Shown: positions 1 to 9,859 of the stretch, one piece after another
How positions within the stretch are numbered: position 1 is the stretch's first letter
How the letters are laid out: the number at the start of each line of letters is the position of its first letter
NCBI GenBank assembly: GCA_024231025.1
Contig: JAAEQW010000327.1
Coordinates: forward strand, 16,022-80,021
Reading direction: 5' to 3'
From: Candidatus Omnitrophota bacterium
GTDB lineage: Bacteria; Omnitrophota; Gorgyraeia; Duberdicusellales; 4484-171
DNA length: 64,000 nt
The notes under the pieces: model-generated
The model's input: the letters and a program-made list of their open reading frames with translations, nothing else
The model's database searches: none
Told to the model about the DNA's origin: nothing
Made by a program: the position numbers and the translations under genes

Positions 1-1
1 C

Positions 2-412
2 GACTTAAACGATAATTCACTAAATCTCATCCAACGTGACGTTGACAACTCTTGTGTAAAATGTCTACCAAGCAGTGAAGAATGCGTTTACTACACAATA
101 AGATTCAAAACACCTACCGGTCGCAATGCAAACGGAGAAATAAATTCCTGGTCCAGTGACATAATTTATACACTCAGCCCAAATCAAATTACCCGACAAG
201 ATGCGATCGCTACTACTGTTTTAGTTGATAACATAACTTTAGTTACCAGAACAGCAGGCAACGGTTATGCGAATGATCCTAATTCTTTTGGCTCAGGTTT
301 TGAGCGTTTGGCATCAAACCGAATTAAAATCTCTTTGGCCGCAGAGCGACAAAGTTTAACTAAAAGAAGCGTGAGATTAAAAATAGGAACGATCGTTTAT
401 TTGAGGAATTAA
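2..412 (+). CDS. Partial CDS: C-terminal 136 aa of a hypothetical protein, 5' end outside the window. It sits immediately upstream of the PilX-like gene and may be pilus-associated.
   Basis: Open frame with no stops from the window edge to a TAA at 410-412. It ends 2 nt before the next start. No recognisable motifs. Confidence 0.3.
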   Translation, partial: DLNDNSLNLIQRDVDNSCVKCLPSSEECVYYTIRFKTPTGRNANGEINSWSSDIIYTLSPNQITRQDAIATTVLVDNITLVTRTAGNGYANDPNSFGSGFERLASNRIKISLAAERQSLTKRSVRLKIGTIVYLRN

Positions 413-414
413 TT

Positions 415-1713
415 ATGAGAAAAGGAATAATCTTAATAGCCGTATTAACGCTGGTGGTCATCATCTTAGGGATGGCTAGCGCATATTTTTCTTATGTTGT
501 AACTGAAAAAAAGGCACTAGACAGAAATCTCGGCCTCATCAAAGCGTTTTATATTGCTGAGGCTGGTCTTGACCGATGCCTTTCAAGATTAAAAAATAAT
601 ATCACAACAAACTTAACAGAAAGTTTTGGCGAAGGCTTCTATTCCATTAGCGCTACAAACATCGGCGGACTAGCATACCGCCTTACCTCAACCGGCACAG
701 CACAAAATAGCTTAGGTGATACCTTAGCAAGTAAAACTTTTAGCATTTATGTGAAGGAAACGCCTTTTAATGTTTTCTCTTACTTTACCAACAATGAATA
801 TTTCACTCAGTGCTCAAGAGGATGGTGTTGGCAAACACCGGTATGGTTTACTACCGGTGATGCCCTGTATGGACCAATCTTTACTAACTCTGAATTCCAT
901 ATCGCTGGAGACCCAGCCTTTCACGGACCAGTAGGTAGCGCTACTGACGAAATAATTTATATGAATGGCGGTCCACCCAATGATAATCCCTATTTTGATC
1001 CGGCATATGATCCTAATCCCAGTTTAGGCCAAGACACCATTGACATGCCTACTTTTGACGATTCAAATTTACAAGATCTAAAAGCTGATGCTGTAAATTT
1101 CACTGGTGATACAAAAATAGATTTTATCAACGATGGAACAATGACCGTAACGAATGCCAATAAGGGTTGGGTTAACCACAACATGGCCCTACCAGCAGAA
1201 AAAAGTGTTTTTGTTGACGGTGGCAATCTTTACGTTTCCGGCACACTTGATGGAGAAATGACTCTTGGGGCGGATACAAACGCCTCCGGGGGCAAAGGCA
1301 ACATTGTTGTCACCGACAATTTACGTTTTAAGGACCGCTATGATGGAGCAGCGCTTCGTGCCGACCCAATGCTTGAGTCTAGTAGCACCAATTACTTAGG
1401 GTTAGTCGCAGGAAAAGATGTTATTGTTGATAAGAATGCTCCCAGCGATTTAGAAATTAACGCGTCAATCATGGCCCTTGGTGACTCGTTTATTGTAGAG
1501 AGATGGTGGGATTCGAATTATAATAAAGGAACATTGCTGGTTCTTGGCGGAATAATCCAAGAAGAACGTGGACCGGTTGGAACATTTCGGGGTGATACAA
1601 AAATAAGTGGCTTTAGCAAAAGTTATCATTACGATGAGCGGCTGTTAACAAAAAATCTTCCTTACTTTCCAACAACTGGTGAATATGAGGTGGTATCATG
1701 GAAAAGAAACTAG
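415..1713 (+). CDS. PilX-like type IV pilus assembly or minor pilin protein (PilX N-terminal domain)
   Basis: N-terminus MRKGIILIAVLTLVVIILGMASAYFSYVV...FYIAEAGLDRCLSRL matches the PilX_N pattern (a transmembrane helix followed by an A-E-A-G-L motif). It lies at the head of the pilMNOPQ cluster. Confidence 0.55.
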   Translation: MRKGIILIAVLTLVVIILGMASAYFSYVVTEKKALDRNLGLIKAFYIAEAGLDRCLSRLKNNITTNLTESFGEGFYSISATNIGGLAYRLTSTGTAQNSLGDTLASKTFSIYVKETPFNVFSYFTNNEYFTQCSRGWCWQTPVWFTTGDALYGPIFTNSEFHIAGDPAFHGPVGSATDEIIYMNGGPPNDNPYFDPAYDPNPSLGQDTIDMPTFDDSNLQDLKADAVNFTGDTKIDFINDGTMTVTNANKGWVNHNMALPAEKSVFVDGGNLYVSGTLDGEMTLGADTNASGGKGNIVVTDNLRFKDRYDGAALRADPMLESSSTNYLGLVAGKDVIVDKNAPSDLEINASIMALGDSFIVERWWDSNYNKGTLLVLGGIIQEERGPVGTFRGDTKISGFSKSYHYDERLLTKNLPYFPTTGEYEVVSWKRN

Positions 1714-2018
1714 ATAGAAAAGTTATTCTGGGTGTAATTATTATTATTCTAATTATTTTTGCCCTAAGCCGCTCTAATCCCCCCAAAAAAACACTTAAAG
1801 TCCCTACCTCTAGGCAAATAAAAGCAACGCCTTCTTTAGATACTGCTCCAATAGCTTTTCCTGAAATTACCGGCAAAACAATAAAAAATCTCGATAAGGC
1901 CACTGAGAAAGAAATAAGAAAAAACGTTCCCAAAAAAAGACAAAATGACGAATTCGAGCTGGCTCCCACCGCGGAAGAATTAATAGAAATGAAAAGAGAA
2001 AAAAGAAAAGTTTACTAG
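1698..2018 (+). CDS. Small membrane protein with one N-terminal transmembrane helix and a lysine-rich C-terminus. It overlaps the end of the PilX-like gene by 16 nt.
   Basis: Six-frame ORF with a hydrophobic segment ILGVIIIILIIFAL. Same strand and operon context. No homology recognised. Confidence 0.3.
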   Translation: MEKKLDRKVILGVIIIILIIFALSRSNPPKKTLKVPTSRQIKATPSLDTAPIAFPEITGKTIKNLDKATEKEIRKNVPKKRQNDEFELAPTAEELIEMKREKRKVY

Positions 2019-2174
2019 GGTGTTTAAAAATCAATTACTATTTCTGAAATTCTTTTAACAGCAGTTATTCTCGCTTAAGAAGTTTAAGCGCCAGCGGATC
2101 AACAACTTATGGCATCACAAGCTGGCAAGAACAACAAAACCCTTATCCATTAACCCCTTAATCAATTTGCCTGA

Positions 2175-2203
2175 TTGACAATAAGTGATATATATACTAA
2201 TAT
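2175..2203 (+). promoter_or_regulatory. Putative sigma-70 promoter for the pilM operon: TTGACA, 17-nt spacer, TAATAT
   Basis: TTGACA at 2175-2180 and TAATAT at 2198-2203 with a 17-nt spacer, immediately upstream of the pilM start at 2211. This would give a very short leader. Confidence 0.3.
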
Positions 2204-2210
2204 ATTTTAG

Positions 2211-3197
2211 ATGGGCAATAAAAATATCATCTCTGGTATCAGTAAATTTCTTGACGACAAAGACACCGAATTTGTTTCTTTGGATTTAGGAACAAAATAC
2301 ATCAAATGCCTTGAAATAAAAGACAAGAAAATTTGTAACGTTTTTGTAGAAGATAGCAGAAAACCAACCGTAAAAAGCGCCATCGAACTTCTTAAAAAAA
2401 GAGGTCTTACGTCAAAAAAAATAAAGCTCACTTTAAAAGGACCCGACACAATCATAAGATATGTAAATTTTCCAAAGCTAGATAAAGCAAAATTGAAAGA
2501 ATCCTTTGGTTTTGAACTTTCAAAACACATTCCCTTTCCCCAGCAAGACGTATATTACGATATTTTCGTCTTAGACGAAAACTATTCTCAAAAAGAATTT
2601 TTGGTTCTTCTAGCCGTTGCAAAAAAAGAGCTAATCGACTCTTTGCTAGAGGAGTTTACGAAAGAAAAAATTTCTATAGCCGACATCAGTCTAAATGCGA
2701 TATCACTTATAAACCTCTATTACCATACTCACCATCCTGATTCCAATGTAGCAATCCTCGACATGGGGTTTTCTTCTACCATTCTTAGCTTGCTCAAAAA
2801 AGATAAGCCTTATTTAAGTAGAGAAATACGCATCGCCGGCAAAGCGCTCATTAAAAAAATTGCAGCCGCTAGCGGGATGGCAAATGAAGAAATCGACAGA
2901 AATTTACTCAACCCCACTCAACAAAAAGAATTACTTGCTGTTGGTGAAGAAGTTATCACCGACTTATGCGATGAAGTAAAGAACTCTTTTGACTACCTTG
3001 AAATGAACACTGGAGAACAAATACAAACCATTTATCTTACCGGAGGCCTAGCGGCAATTAACGGAGTTAAAGACACCATCGATGCAATTTTGGGAATTGA
3101 AACAAAAATATGGCAACCGTGGAATAAACTAAATACTGGCAAAGAATCATATTTCCCAAAAGAAATGCTAAGCGCGGTAGCTGGGCTAAATTTATGA
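2211..3197 (+). CDS. pilM: Type IV pilus assembly protein PilM (actin-like ATPase fold)
   Basis: N-terminal KFVSLDLGTKYIKCL region and the overall 328-aa PilM architecture. It is followed by N-, O-, P-like and secretin genes with 4-nt overlaps. Confidence 0.75.
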   Translation: MGNKNIISGISKFLDDKDTEFVSLDLGTKYIKCLEIKDKKICNVFVEDSRKPTVKSAIELLKKRGLTSKKIKLTLKGPDTIIRYVNFPKLDKAKLKESFGFELSKHIPFPQQDVYYDIFVLDENYSQKEFLVLLAVAKKELIDSLLEEFTKEKISIADISLNAISLINLYYHTHHPDSNVAILDMGFSSTILSLLKKDKPYLSREIRIAGKALIKKIAAASGMANEEIDRNLLNPTQQKELLAVGEEVITDLCDEVKNSFDYLEMNTGEQIQTIYLTGGLAAINGVKDTIDAILGIETKIWQPWNKLNTGKESYFPKEMLSAVAGLNL

Positions 3198-3757
3198 AGA
3201 AAATAAAAATCAATCTTCATCCCGTGCAAGCACAAGAAGAAACAAAACTTGTCAAAACAGCTGGTCAATATATGCCTTTTGCAATTTTAGGATTAGCTGG
3301 ACTGATTGTTGCAAACCTTATCATCTTTGCTTTTGCCAATGTACTGCGGCTATCCTACAGCGGGCGCCACAAACACTGGAAGAGCCTTTCGCCACAAGTT
3401 CAAGAAATAGTTCAGTTAAAAGACGAACTGCAAAAACATATTGTTGAGAAAAAAGATTTCCAAAATCTCCTTAGTGAGCATTTATCATTTTCTCAAATAA
3501 TGGCTGAATTTTTCTCATCAGCACCAAAAAACATTTGGCTCCGAGACATGTCAATAAACGAAGAAACCGTAAAAATAAACGGTTATGTAGTAAAGTGGAA
3601 AGAAGATCGTCTTGTATCGTTAGATAAATTAATCAAGGCACTTAATGAGCAGACGTATTTTATCGAAAAATTCAGAAATGTTGGTTTAAAAAATTACAGA
3701 AAGAGCACGCTAAATGGAGTCGATATAATTGAATTTAGAATGGAGTGCGCAAGATGA
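3194..3757 (+). CDS. pilN: PilN-like pilus assembly protein
   Basis: 187 aa with a single transmembrane helix after about 30 residues (FAILGLAGLIVANLIIFAF). It directly follows pilM with a 4-nt overlap. Confidence 0.55.
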   Translation: MKKIKINLHPVQAQEETKLVKTAGQYMPFAILGLAGLIVANLIIFAFANVLRLSYSGRHKHWKSLSPQVQEIVQLKDELQKHIVEKKDFQNLLSEHLSFSQIMAEFFSSAPKNIWLRDMSINEETVKINGYVVKWKEDRLVSLDKLIKALNEQTYFIEKFRNVGLKNYRKSTLNGVDIIEFRMECAR

Positions 3758-4293
3758 TTTTAAATAAAAAAACTGCCATTTATGCCGGGGTGACTACCGG
3801 ATTTATCGCGATTGCCTTTGTGCTTACTCCCCTTCAATTAAAAAGCATTTTCACTTTGAACACCAAAATAGACGATTTAAAGGAAAACATATCCAAAACC
3901 ACAGCTGACATTAATTCTAAGCAACAATTTATCTCTGATATCAAAAAAATCAAAGAAAGTATCGCTTCTCTTAAGGGAGAAATTATTCCTTCTCAAGATA
4001 TATCTACTCTACAGGCATATTTATCAAAACAAGCAAAAGAAAATAACATTGAAATCGTTGAAACCGGGTCCGGTATGCCAATCGTTGCAAAAATAATAAA
4101 CACGGAACGTTTTCTTTATGTTCCAATCAGCATCGCTACCCAATGCGGATTCCATAGTTTGGGTCGTTTTTTGTCGGAAATAGAAAAAGGGAAATACTCA
4201 TTAAAGATAGATAGCCTAACCATAAGCGGTTCAAAGCCTTACCATAGCGTAAGCATCCGGCTTTTGGCCTTAGTTAAGGAAGAGGTTTTATGA
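3745..4293 (+). CDS. pilO: PilO-like pilus assembly protein
   Basis: 182 aa with an N-terminal transmembrane helix and a coiled-coil region. Its position is between the pilN-like gene and the secretin. Confidence 0.5.
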   Translation: MRKMILNKKTAIYAGVTTGFIAIAFVLTPLQLKSIFTLNTKIDDLKENISKTTADINSKQQFISDIKKIKESIASLKGEIIPSQDISTLQAYLSKQAKENNIEIVETGSGMPIVAKIINTERFLYVPISIATQCGFHSLGRFLSEIEKGKYSLKIDSLTISGSKPYHSVSIRLLALVKEEVL

Positions 4294-4619
4294 TTAAATT
4301 TGCCTTACTCTGCTTTTTCTTGGTAATCTCCTTTGTGGCAGGTGCTTTCGATTACCCTCATACTACCCTTAGCAGTAGAGACCCCTTCTATCCATTGATT
4401 AATGAAAAGGGAGAAATAACAATTCGCGAAGAAAAAGGAATCGGTGATATAATGCTACAAGGAATTATATACCTGCCGGAAGGAAGTAGTGTTATAATTG
4501 ATAATAGAATGTTTGGCGAAGGCGATAGTTTCGAAAAATATAAGATAAAAAAAATAGAGGAACGTGGGATTATTTTGGAAAATGATGGTAAAGAATACTT
4601 TTTAAAATGGGAGGGATAA
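4290..4619 (+). CDS. PilP-like small secreted or lipoprotein
   Basis: 109 aa with an N-terminal signal-like hydrophobic segment. It sits immediately upstream of pilQ with a 4-nt overlap. Confidence 0.35.
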   Translation: MIKFALLCFFLVISFVAGAFDYPHTTLSSRDPFYPLINEKGEITIREEKGIGDIMLQGIIYLPEGSSVIIDNRMFGEGDSFEKYKIKKIEERGIILENDGKEYFLKWEG

Positions 4620-4620
4620 G

Positions 4621-6183
4621 ATGAAGGTTTATAGTTTTCGATTTTCATTTGGCAGTCTTGCTTTGATTTCTTTGTTTTCGATAATTTTTTTATTTTCTTC
4701 ATTATCAGGGTTTACCCAGGAGGAGGGAGTTCTTCCTTCCTTAAAATTTAAAGATGCTGACATTAGTGTAGTTTTACAAGCCATCGCTCAAAAAGCAACC
4801 AAAGACGGCAAACATGTAAACATCATTATTGCCCCTGAGGTAGAAGGCCCTGTTACAGTTGATTTAAAAGATGTCAATTGGCAAACAGCTTTAGACGCAG
4901 TGCTAAAGATTTACGATTACAGTTATGAATGGGTTGGTAAGGATATTGTTATGGTCACAACTCTGGAAAGACTGGCAGAAAAGCGAGAAAAAGAAGCCTT
5001 AGCCGCTCAGCAAGAACCCCTAGAAACATTTACTTACAGACTTATTTATCTTGATGCTCATGATATAGAAACAATGATACGGCCTCAGCTCACTCCGCGT
5101 GGAAAAATTACTGTTTTAGATATCGCCAGTCAAAAAGGATGGCGAGCACGCGGCGGTTTTGACACTCAAAGCGGCGCCGGACAATTTGAAAGAGCCCAGC
5201 GAGAAACAGGCGCAAGACCCAGAACAAAAACACTAATCATTACTGACACCAAATCCAATATTCGGACTCTTCTTGATGCCATTAAGAAAATCGACATCAT
5301 GCCAAAGCAAATATTAATTGAAACTCGCTTCATGGAAGTTAACAAAGATGTTCTTCGAGATATTGGCCTTGATTACGGCACAGGCGCAACAGGCGACGGA
5401 AGTGTGCAAGGGTTTAATAGCTCAGACACAAAAGTTGGTGGAGGCACCATTTCCAGCGATGGAGTTGCCCCTTCTATTTTTAATGCTCGGTCGTCAATCA
5501 ACGGAAGCAGTCCGTACGGTTCAGGATTAGAATTTGTTTTCAGAAAGCTTAATGGCACTGAGTTCCAGATTGCACTACACGCCCTTGAGGAAGATGTACA
5601 CACCAACACTCTTTCTGCTCCGCGAGTTCTAACTTTAGACGGTCAAGAAGCTTACATCATGGTTGGCGAAAAACGCCCGATCATCGAATCAAGTATCAGT
5701 TCAAGCGAAACAACTGTCGCGATAAACAAAAATTTGGGTTACTACCAGAATTTGGGAATCGAACTTAATGTTGTTCCTCAAATTTGTGGAGATAATTTTG
5801 TAAATATGGTAATTTACCCATCAGTAACATCTTCTTCGTCAGATGTAACCGCAAGATCGCAAATTGGCGATAGCTATTCTGACGACGACTACCCAATCAT
5901 TACAGTACGAGAAACTCAAACTCAAGTTTTAATGAAAGACGGAGAAACGATCTCTATCGGTGGTCTCTTAAAAGATGTAAAAAGTGAAAGCGTCTATAAA
6001 GTTCCTTTTTTAAGCAGCATTCCTTTTTTCGGAAAACTTTTTCAGCGCGAAACAAATGATACAGAAAAAATTGATCTAATTATCTTTATTACAGTGAGAA
6101 TTATGGACCCCGCTGCTGAATTAAGGAAATCACTTGAAGAAGAAGCTCAAGCAGCAGAAGAGGCAGAAATAATCATAGAATAA
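4621..6183 (+). CDS. pilQ: Type IV pilus secretin PilQ (secretin family outer-membrane channel)
   Basis: N-terminal secretin_N-like region (DISVVLQAIAQKA...DVNWQTALDAVL). C-terminal secretin domain (ETRFMEV..., VLTLDGQEAYIMVGEKRPI, ITVRETQTQVLMKDGETISIGGL). Confidence 0.8.
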   Translation: MKVYSFRFSFGSLALISLFSIIFLFSSLSGFTQEEGVLPSLKFKDADISVVLQAIAQKATKDGKHVNIIIAPEVEGPVTVDLKDVNWQTALDAVLKIYDYSYEWVGKDIVMVTTLERLAEKREKEALAAQQEPLETFTYRLIYLDAHDIETMIRPQLTPRGKITVLDIASQKGWRARGGFDTQSGAGQFERAQRETGARPRTKTLIITDTKSNIRTLLDAIKKIDIMPKQILIETRFMEVNKDVLRDIGLDYGTGATGDGSVQGFNSSDTKVGGGTISSDGVAPSIFNARSSINGSSPYGSGLEFVFRKLNGTEFQIALHALEEDVHTNTLSAPRVLTLDGQEAYIMVGEKRPIIESSISSSETTVAINKNLGYYQNLGIELNVVPQICGDNFVNMVIYPSVTSSSSDVTARSQIGDSYSDDDYPIITVRETQTQVLMKDGETISIGGLLKDVKSESVYKVPFLSSIPFFGKLFQRETNDTEKIDLIIFITVRIMDPAAELRKSLEEEAQAAEEAEIIIE

Positions 6184-6185
6184 GA

Positions 6186-6983
6186 ATGTACCTTGATTAT
6201 TACGGATTAAAACATTCTCCTTTTAATATTACGTGTAATCCTGACTTTTTTTACGGCAGCGCTTCCCACCAAGAAGCTTTAGCCGCCCTGCTTTATGGGG
6301 TACAAGAAAAAAAGGGAATCATTTTAATTACTGGTGAAGTAGGAACTGGTAAAACTACGCTTTGCCGCACATTACTTAACCGGCTTCCTCCATCGATTAA
6401 AACTTCTTTTATTCTTAATCCTTATTTTAGCCAAACTCAACTGCTGCAAGCAATCGTTGAAGATTTCGGGATAAAACCAAAGCGAAGAACGCGCTTATCT
6501 TTGGTAAACGAATTAAACACTTTTTTGTTAGAAGTAAACAAACAGGGCTCAACCGCGACTTTGATTATTGATGAAGCGCAAAATCTTACTGCTCGCCAAC
6601 TCGAACAAGTTAGACTCCTAACAAATCTTGAAACCGCCAGGGAAAAACTACTACAAGTCATTCTTTCTGGACAGCCAGAGTTAACTGAAAAATTAAAAAA
6701 AACTGATTTACGTCAAATCCGTCAACGTATTTTTGTAAAATGCAACCTTTCTCCTTTAAAAGAAAAAGAAGTGCAAAATTACGTTGAGCATCGCTTAAAT
6801 CAAGCCGGCACTAAAGCGGTCGAAATATCATCCGAAAGCTATGAAACAATTTATGAATTTTCAAAGGGTATCCCCCGTTTAATTAATATGCTTTGTGACA
6901 GGGCTCTGCTTTGCGGATTTGCAAAGGAGAAAAAAACTTTTAATCGCAAGCTGTTTCAAACATGCATTGAGGAGTTAAAATGA
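6186..6983 (+). CDS. ExeA/GspA-like AAA+ ATPase, a secretion and secretin-assembly associated protein
   Basis: Walker A motif GEVGTGKTT, Walker B motif LIIDEAQNL, and an ExeA-like architecture directly after the secretin gene. Confidence 0.65.
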   Translation: MYLDYYGLKHSPFNITCNPDFFYGSASHQEALAALLYGVQEKKGIILITGEVGTGKTTLCRTLLNRLPPSIKTSFILNPYFSQTQLLQAIVEDFGIKPKRRTRLSLVNELNTFLLEVNKQGSTATLIIDEAQNLTARQLEQVRLLTNLETAREKLLQVILSGQPELTEKLKKTDLRQIRQRIFVKCNLSPLKEKEVQNYVEHRLNQAGTKAVEISSESYETIYEFSKGIPRLINMLCDRALLCGFAKEKKTFNRKLFQTCIEELK

Positions 6984-7420
6984 GTATTATTTATGATGCC
7001 TTAAAAAAAGCTGATAAGGATCCTGTTGGCTCAGCCTCTAAGAGTGAAGTAAAAATTGTAAAAACACCTAAAAAAGTTCCTAAAAAAATTGTTTTACCGA
7101 TAATTCTTATAGGGGTGGTCATATTTTTTATTTTCCATCTTAAAAATCAACCCGAAAATCAAGCTTCTCACAAACTTACGTCATCCTCCAGAGGAGTCCA
7201 AAGAAAAAGAAAGCCTATTCCTAAAAAAACTTACTCTAAGGGCAGCTATATTTTAGAAGGAATAATTTATGACGAGATTTCACCGCTTGCGGTTATTAAC
7301 GGTCGCATGTTAAACATTGGTGAGGCATTAAAACAAATGAAAGTTACACAAATAACCCCAACAAAGGTTACCCTTACCAACCTTGATAACAATAAAAAAT
7401 CTATCCTTTCTATCAATTAG
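6980..7420 (+). CDS. Hypothetical membrane protein with a K/P-rich region, a possible GspB-like partner of the ExeA-like ATPase
   Basis: Single transmembrane helix (IVLPIILIGVVIFFIF). 4-nt overlap with the upstream ATPase gene. No catalytic motifs. Confidence 0.35.
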   Translation: MSIIYDALKKADKDPVGSASKSEVKIVKTPKKVPKKIVLPIILIGVVIFFIFHLKNQPENQASHKLTSSSRGVQRKRKPIPKKTYSKGSYILEGIIYDEISPLAVINGRMLNIGEALKQMKVTQITPTKVTLTNLDNNKKSILSIN

Positions 7421-7473
7421 ATTAGGTCACGCGTCTTATCATTATGTATACCGGATAAATACAGGTAGATAAA

Positions 7474-8424
7474 CTACGATGAAAGTTTCTTTATTTTCGC
7501 AATAAAAAAAGCTTCCATATATTCATTGGGCAGGATTCTTCTGCAAAGCTGTACCGATTGATCATATTTCTTTTCTCGCCAACGAAGTCGCCCCGGCTGG
7601 ACATTATCTAAGCCGATCTTCAACGGTAAAACCGTTAATTTATTCCTAAATTTATTTATAAACCAATCAACCATTCCCTCATTCTCCTCAGGCGAAAAAG
7701 TGCAAGTTGAATATATTAACTCTCCGCCTTCTTTTAAAGCAAAAAACGCTGCACCGAGAAGCTTTTTCTGCGTGCGAACCATCTCTTTTACCTTTTTATC
7801 AGACCAGTACTTATACGTTTTTGGATTTTGAATATAAAATCGACCCTCCGTTGTACAGGGGGCATCAACTAAAATCTTGTCAAAATATTCAGGAAATTTT
7901 TTACGCACCAACGCCCCTTCACCAAGATAAACTTTAACTGAATTTCCCGCACCTTGTGTTTTTATATTAGTTAAGAGCTTATAATAACGTATGCGCGCTT
8001 TTTCATAAGCAACCAAATGCACTTTGGGTGCTAAAGATACAATTTGTGTTGTTTTCGCTCCGGGAGCAGCACATAAGTCAAGTACCGTATCGTTATCTAA
8101 AGGATCAAGTAAAATCGGCGAAAGCATGCTTGCGACATTTTGCACATAAACCAATCCGTCATTATAGATATCCGTTTTTTGCAATTGGCTTAAGGGTGTT
8201 TTTAACAAAAAGGCTCCCTTGGGAAAATCCAGCTCCTTAAATCTTATCCTGTTTTTAGAAAGCAGTTGGCGCAAGGTAGTGAGGTCCGTTTTTGTATAAT
8301 TTATCCTAAAAGACTGGATTTTTTTTTCTAAAAACGTACTGGTGATGCTTTCAAAGCGATCAGGATACAATTTACGAAGTTTTTGCAAAAAATTATTCGG
8401 TAATTGATGAATTAGTTCTTTCAT
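7474..8424 (-). CDS. RsmB/RsmF (NOL1/NOP2/Sun) family RNA m5C methyltransferase
   Basis: SAM-binding motif DLCAAPGAKT. Catalytic motifs DAPCTTEG and TCT...E, typical of Sun-family m5C methyltransferases. Confidence 0.75.
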   Translation of the reverse strand: MKELIHQLPNNFLQKLRKLYPDRFESITSTFLEKKIQSFRINYTKTDLTTLRQLLSKNRIRFKELDFPKGAFLLKTPLSQLQKTDIYNDGLVYVQNVASMLSPILLDPLDNDTVLDLCAAPGAKTTQIVSLAPKVHLVAYEKARIRYYKLLTNIKTQGAGNSVKVYLGEGALVRKKFPEYFDKILVDAPCTTEGRFYIQNPKTYKYWSDKKVKEMVRTQKKLLGAAFFALKEGGELIYSTCTFSPEENEGMVDWFINKFRNKLTVLPLKIGLDNVQPGRLRWREKKYDQSVQLCRRILPNEYMEAFFIAKIKKLSS

Positions 8425-8426
8425 TT

Positions 8427-9398
8427 TTAAAAGACCTCTACCCGTCCCCAGAGTTTAAAAGTTTCTGTCATTACCGGATACCACTTACTCATCTTAGCAA
8501 AGTCACCTTTCACTTTGACTTTACCTTGCGTTGACGCTACAAAGGGGTCAATTTTTCTATTAAAAACTTTTTTTAATATTTCTTCTGTCCCAGAAATTAC
8601 AAACTCTGCCTCTTTGCTTTGGTCAACTTTAACAATTTTGCCATTCTGATAGTGAAAACAAACACTATTATCAGAATCTTGGTCTTCTACGGCTAAGGTG
8701 CACGTCAAATCGTATTGTTTACCTAACTGCTGCACTTGCTGATCTTCATTGATAATTTTAACAAGCAATTCAATATGTTTACCGGAAAGGAGCTTTTCCT
8801 TATGCGAAGTTGAATAATCCTCATCTGCATCAAGAGAGATTTTAGCATCTTTACCTCTAACTGTTAGGTTTACTCTTGATTGCTCTTCCAACAATTCAAT
8901 AAGACTAAAACTTTCTTTAAAGTCTTTTCCCATCGCAACAACGCCATGATTTTTCAAAACAATAACATTTCCATCTTCTAAGGCTTGCACAACTGGCCCA
9001 ACATCGGTAACCGTTGGCGTCTTTTGCGGAAGGACCGCTATATCACCCAAATAAAACTTAGCCTCAAAAGAAAAAATATCCAATTTATTAAAATAATGGA
9101 AAAATGCTGTTGAAAACGGCGAGTGAGAATGCAGTACAACCGATATATCTTTAAATTTATTATGTACCGCTAAATGAAGTTGTGTTTCACTGCTGGGAGG
9201 ACGTTTTCCTTCTAAGACATTGCCATTTAAATCCATCAATAGAATATCGTCTTCTTCTAAATGCCCTAGATAACAGTCGTGGCAAGTTATCAAAATATTG
9301 GCACCAACCTTACAAGACACATTGCCACTTCTTGCGGTTATAAGTCCTCTTTCGTTTAACAACTTTGACCAATAAACTATATCTTTTTTCAGGTTCAT
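8427..9398 (-). CDS. Class II aldolase/adducin-family protein (MtnB-like dehydratase/aldolase) fused to a C-terminal SCP2-like domain
   Basis: N-terminal RSGNVS...HSHSP metal-binding motifs of class II aldolases. The C-terminal 100 aa resembles an SCP-2 sterol-transfer fold (KVKVKGDFAKMSKW). Confidence 0.6.
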   Translation of the reverse strand: MNLKKDIVYWSKLLNERGLITARSGNVSCKVGANILITCHDCYLGHLEEDDILLMDLNGNVLEGKRPPSSETQLHLAVHNKFKDISVVLHSHSPFSTAFFHYFNKLDIFSFEAKFYLGDIAVLPQKTPTVTDVGPVVQALEDGNVIVLKNHGVVAMGKDFKESFSLIELLEEQSRVNLTVRGKDAKISLDADEDYSTSHKEKLLSGKHIELLVKIINEDQQVQQLGKQYDLTCTLAVEDQDSDNSVCFHYQNGKIVKVDQSKEAEFVISGTEEILKKVFNRKIDPFVASTQGKVKVKGDFAKMSKWYPVMTETFKLWGRVEVF

Positions 9399-9859
9399 TT
9401 TAATATCTCCTCTTCTATAAATTCATCTTGTGCTTCTACCATATCGTCCTTGCTTGCATTTAGGATAAACCGCTTACCTCCCAGAGTTGACACGTTCGCC
9501 TCTGATTGAAACTGAGCCGCTGCTGCAACCTCAATCTTTACATTATGTAATTTGCTCAAAAGCGCTACCTGCAAACTTCCGGTTAATGCAAATACTCCAT
9601 CTTTAGTTTGATTTTTGCAAAAAATAATTGTTTTATATATCCTGTTTTGTTGAAAAAGTAATCCCAGCGCGTTATCAGTACAATAAACAAACTGGATATT
9701 CTTTTTCTTTAGTAATGGGCAGTTGTGCAACAATCCAACCATGAATGGACGATTTTCAGCAACCACAACGAGCCACCCGCTTTGACGAATTCGCAAAATC
9801 CCCTCTTCAGATATTGGCCCCCAAACTAAAACTGCTTTTTTGATGTCGTTAAGCTTCAT
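9395..9859 (-). CDS. Truncated eIF-2B/MtnA-family paralog (Rossmann-like half only)
   Basis: VVVAENRPFMVG...FALTGSLQVALLSKLHNVKIEV parallels the ETRPYLQG...NKLGTYSLACLAKHFGIAFY segment of the adjacent full-length gene. Confidence 0.4.
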   Translation of the reverse strand: MKLNDIKKAVLVWGPISEEGILRIRQSGWLVVVAENRPFMVGLLHNCPLLKKKNIQFVYCTDNALGLLFQQNRIYKTIIFCKNQTKDGVFALTGSLQVALLSKLHNVKIEVAAAAQFQSEANVSTLGGKRFILNASKDDMVEAQDEFIEEEILK

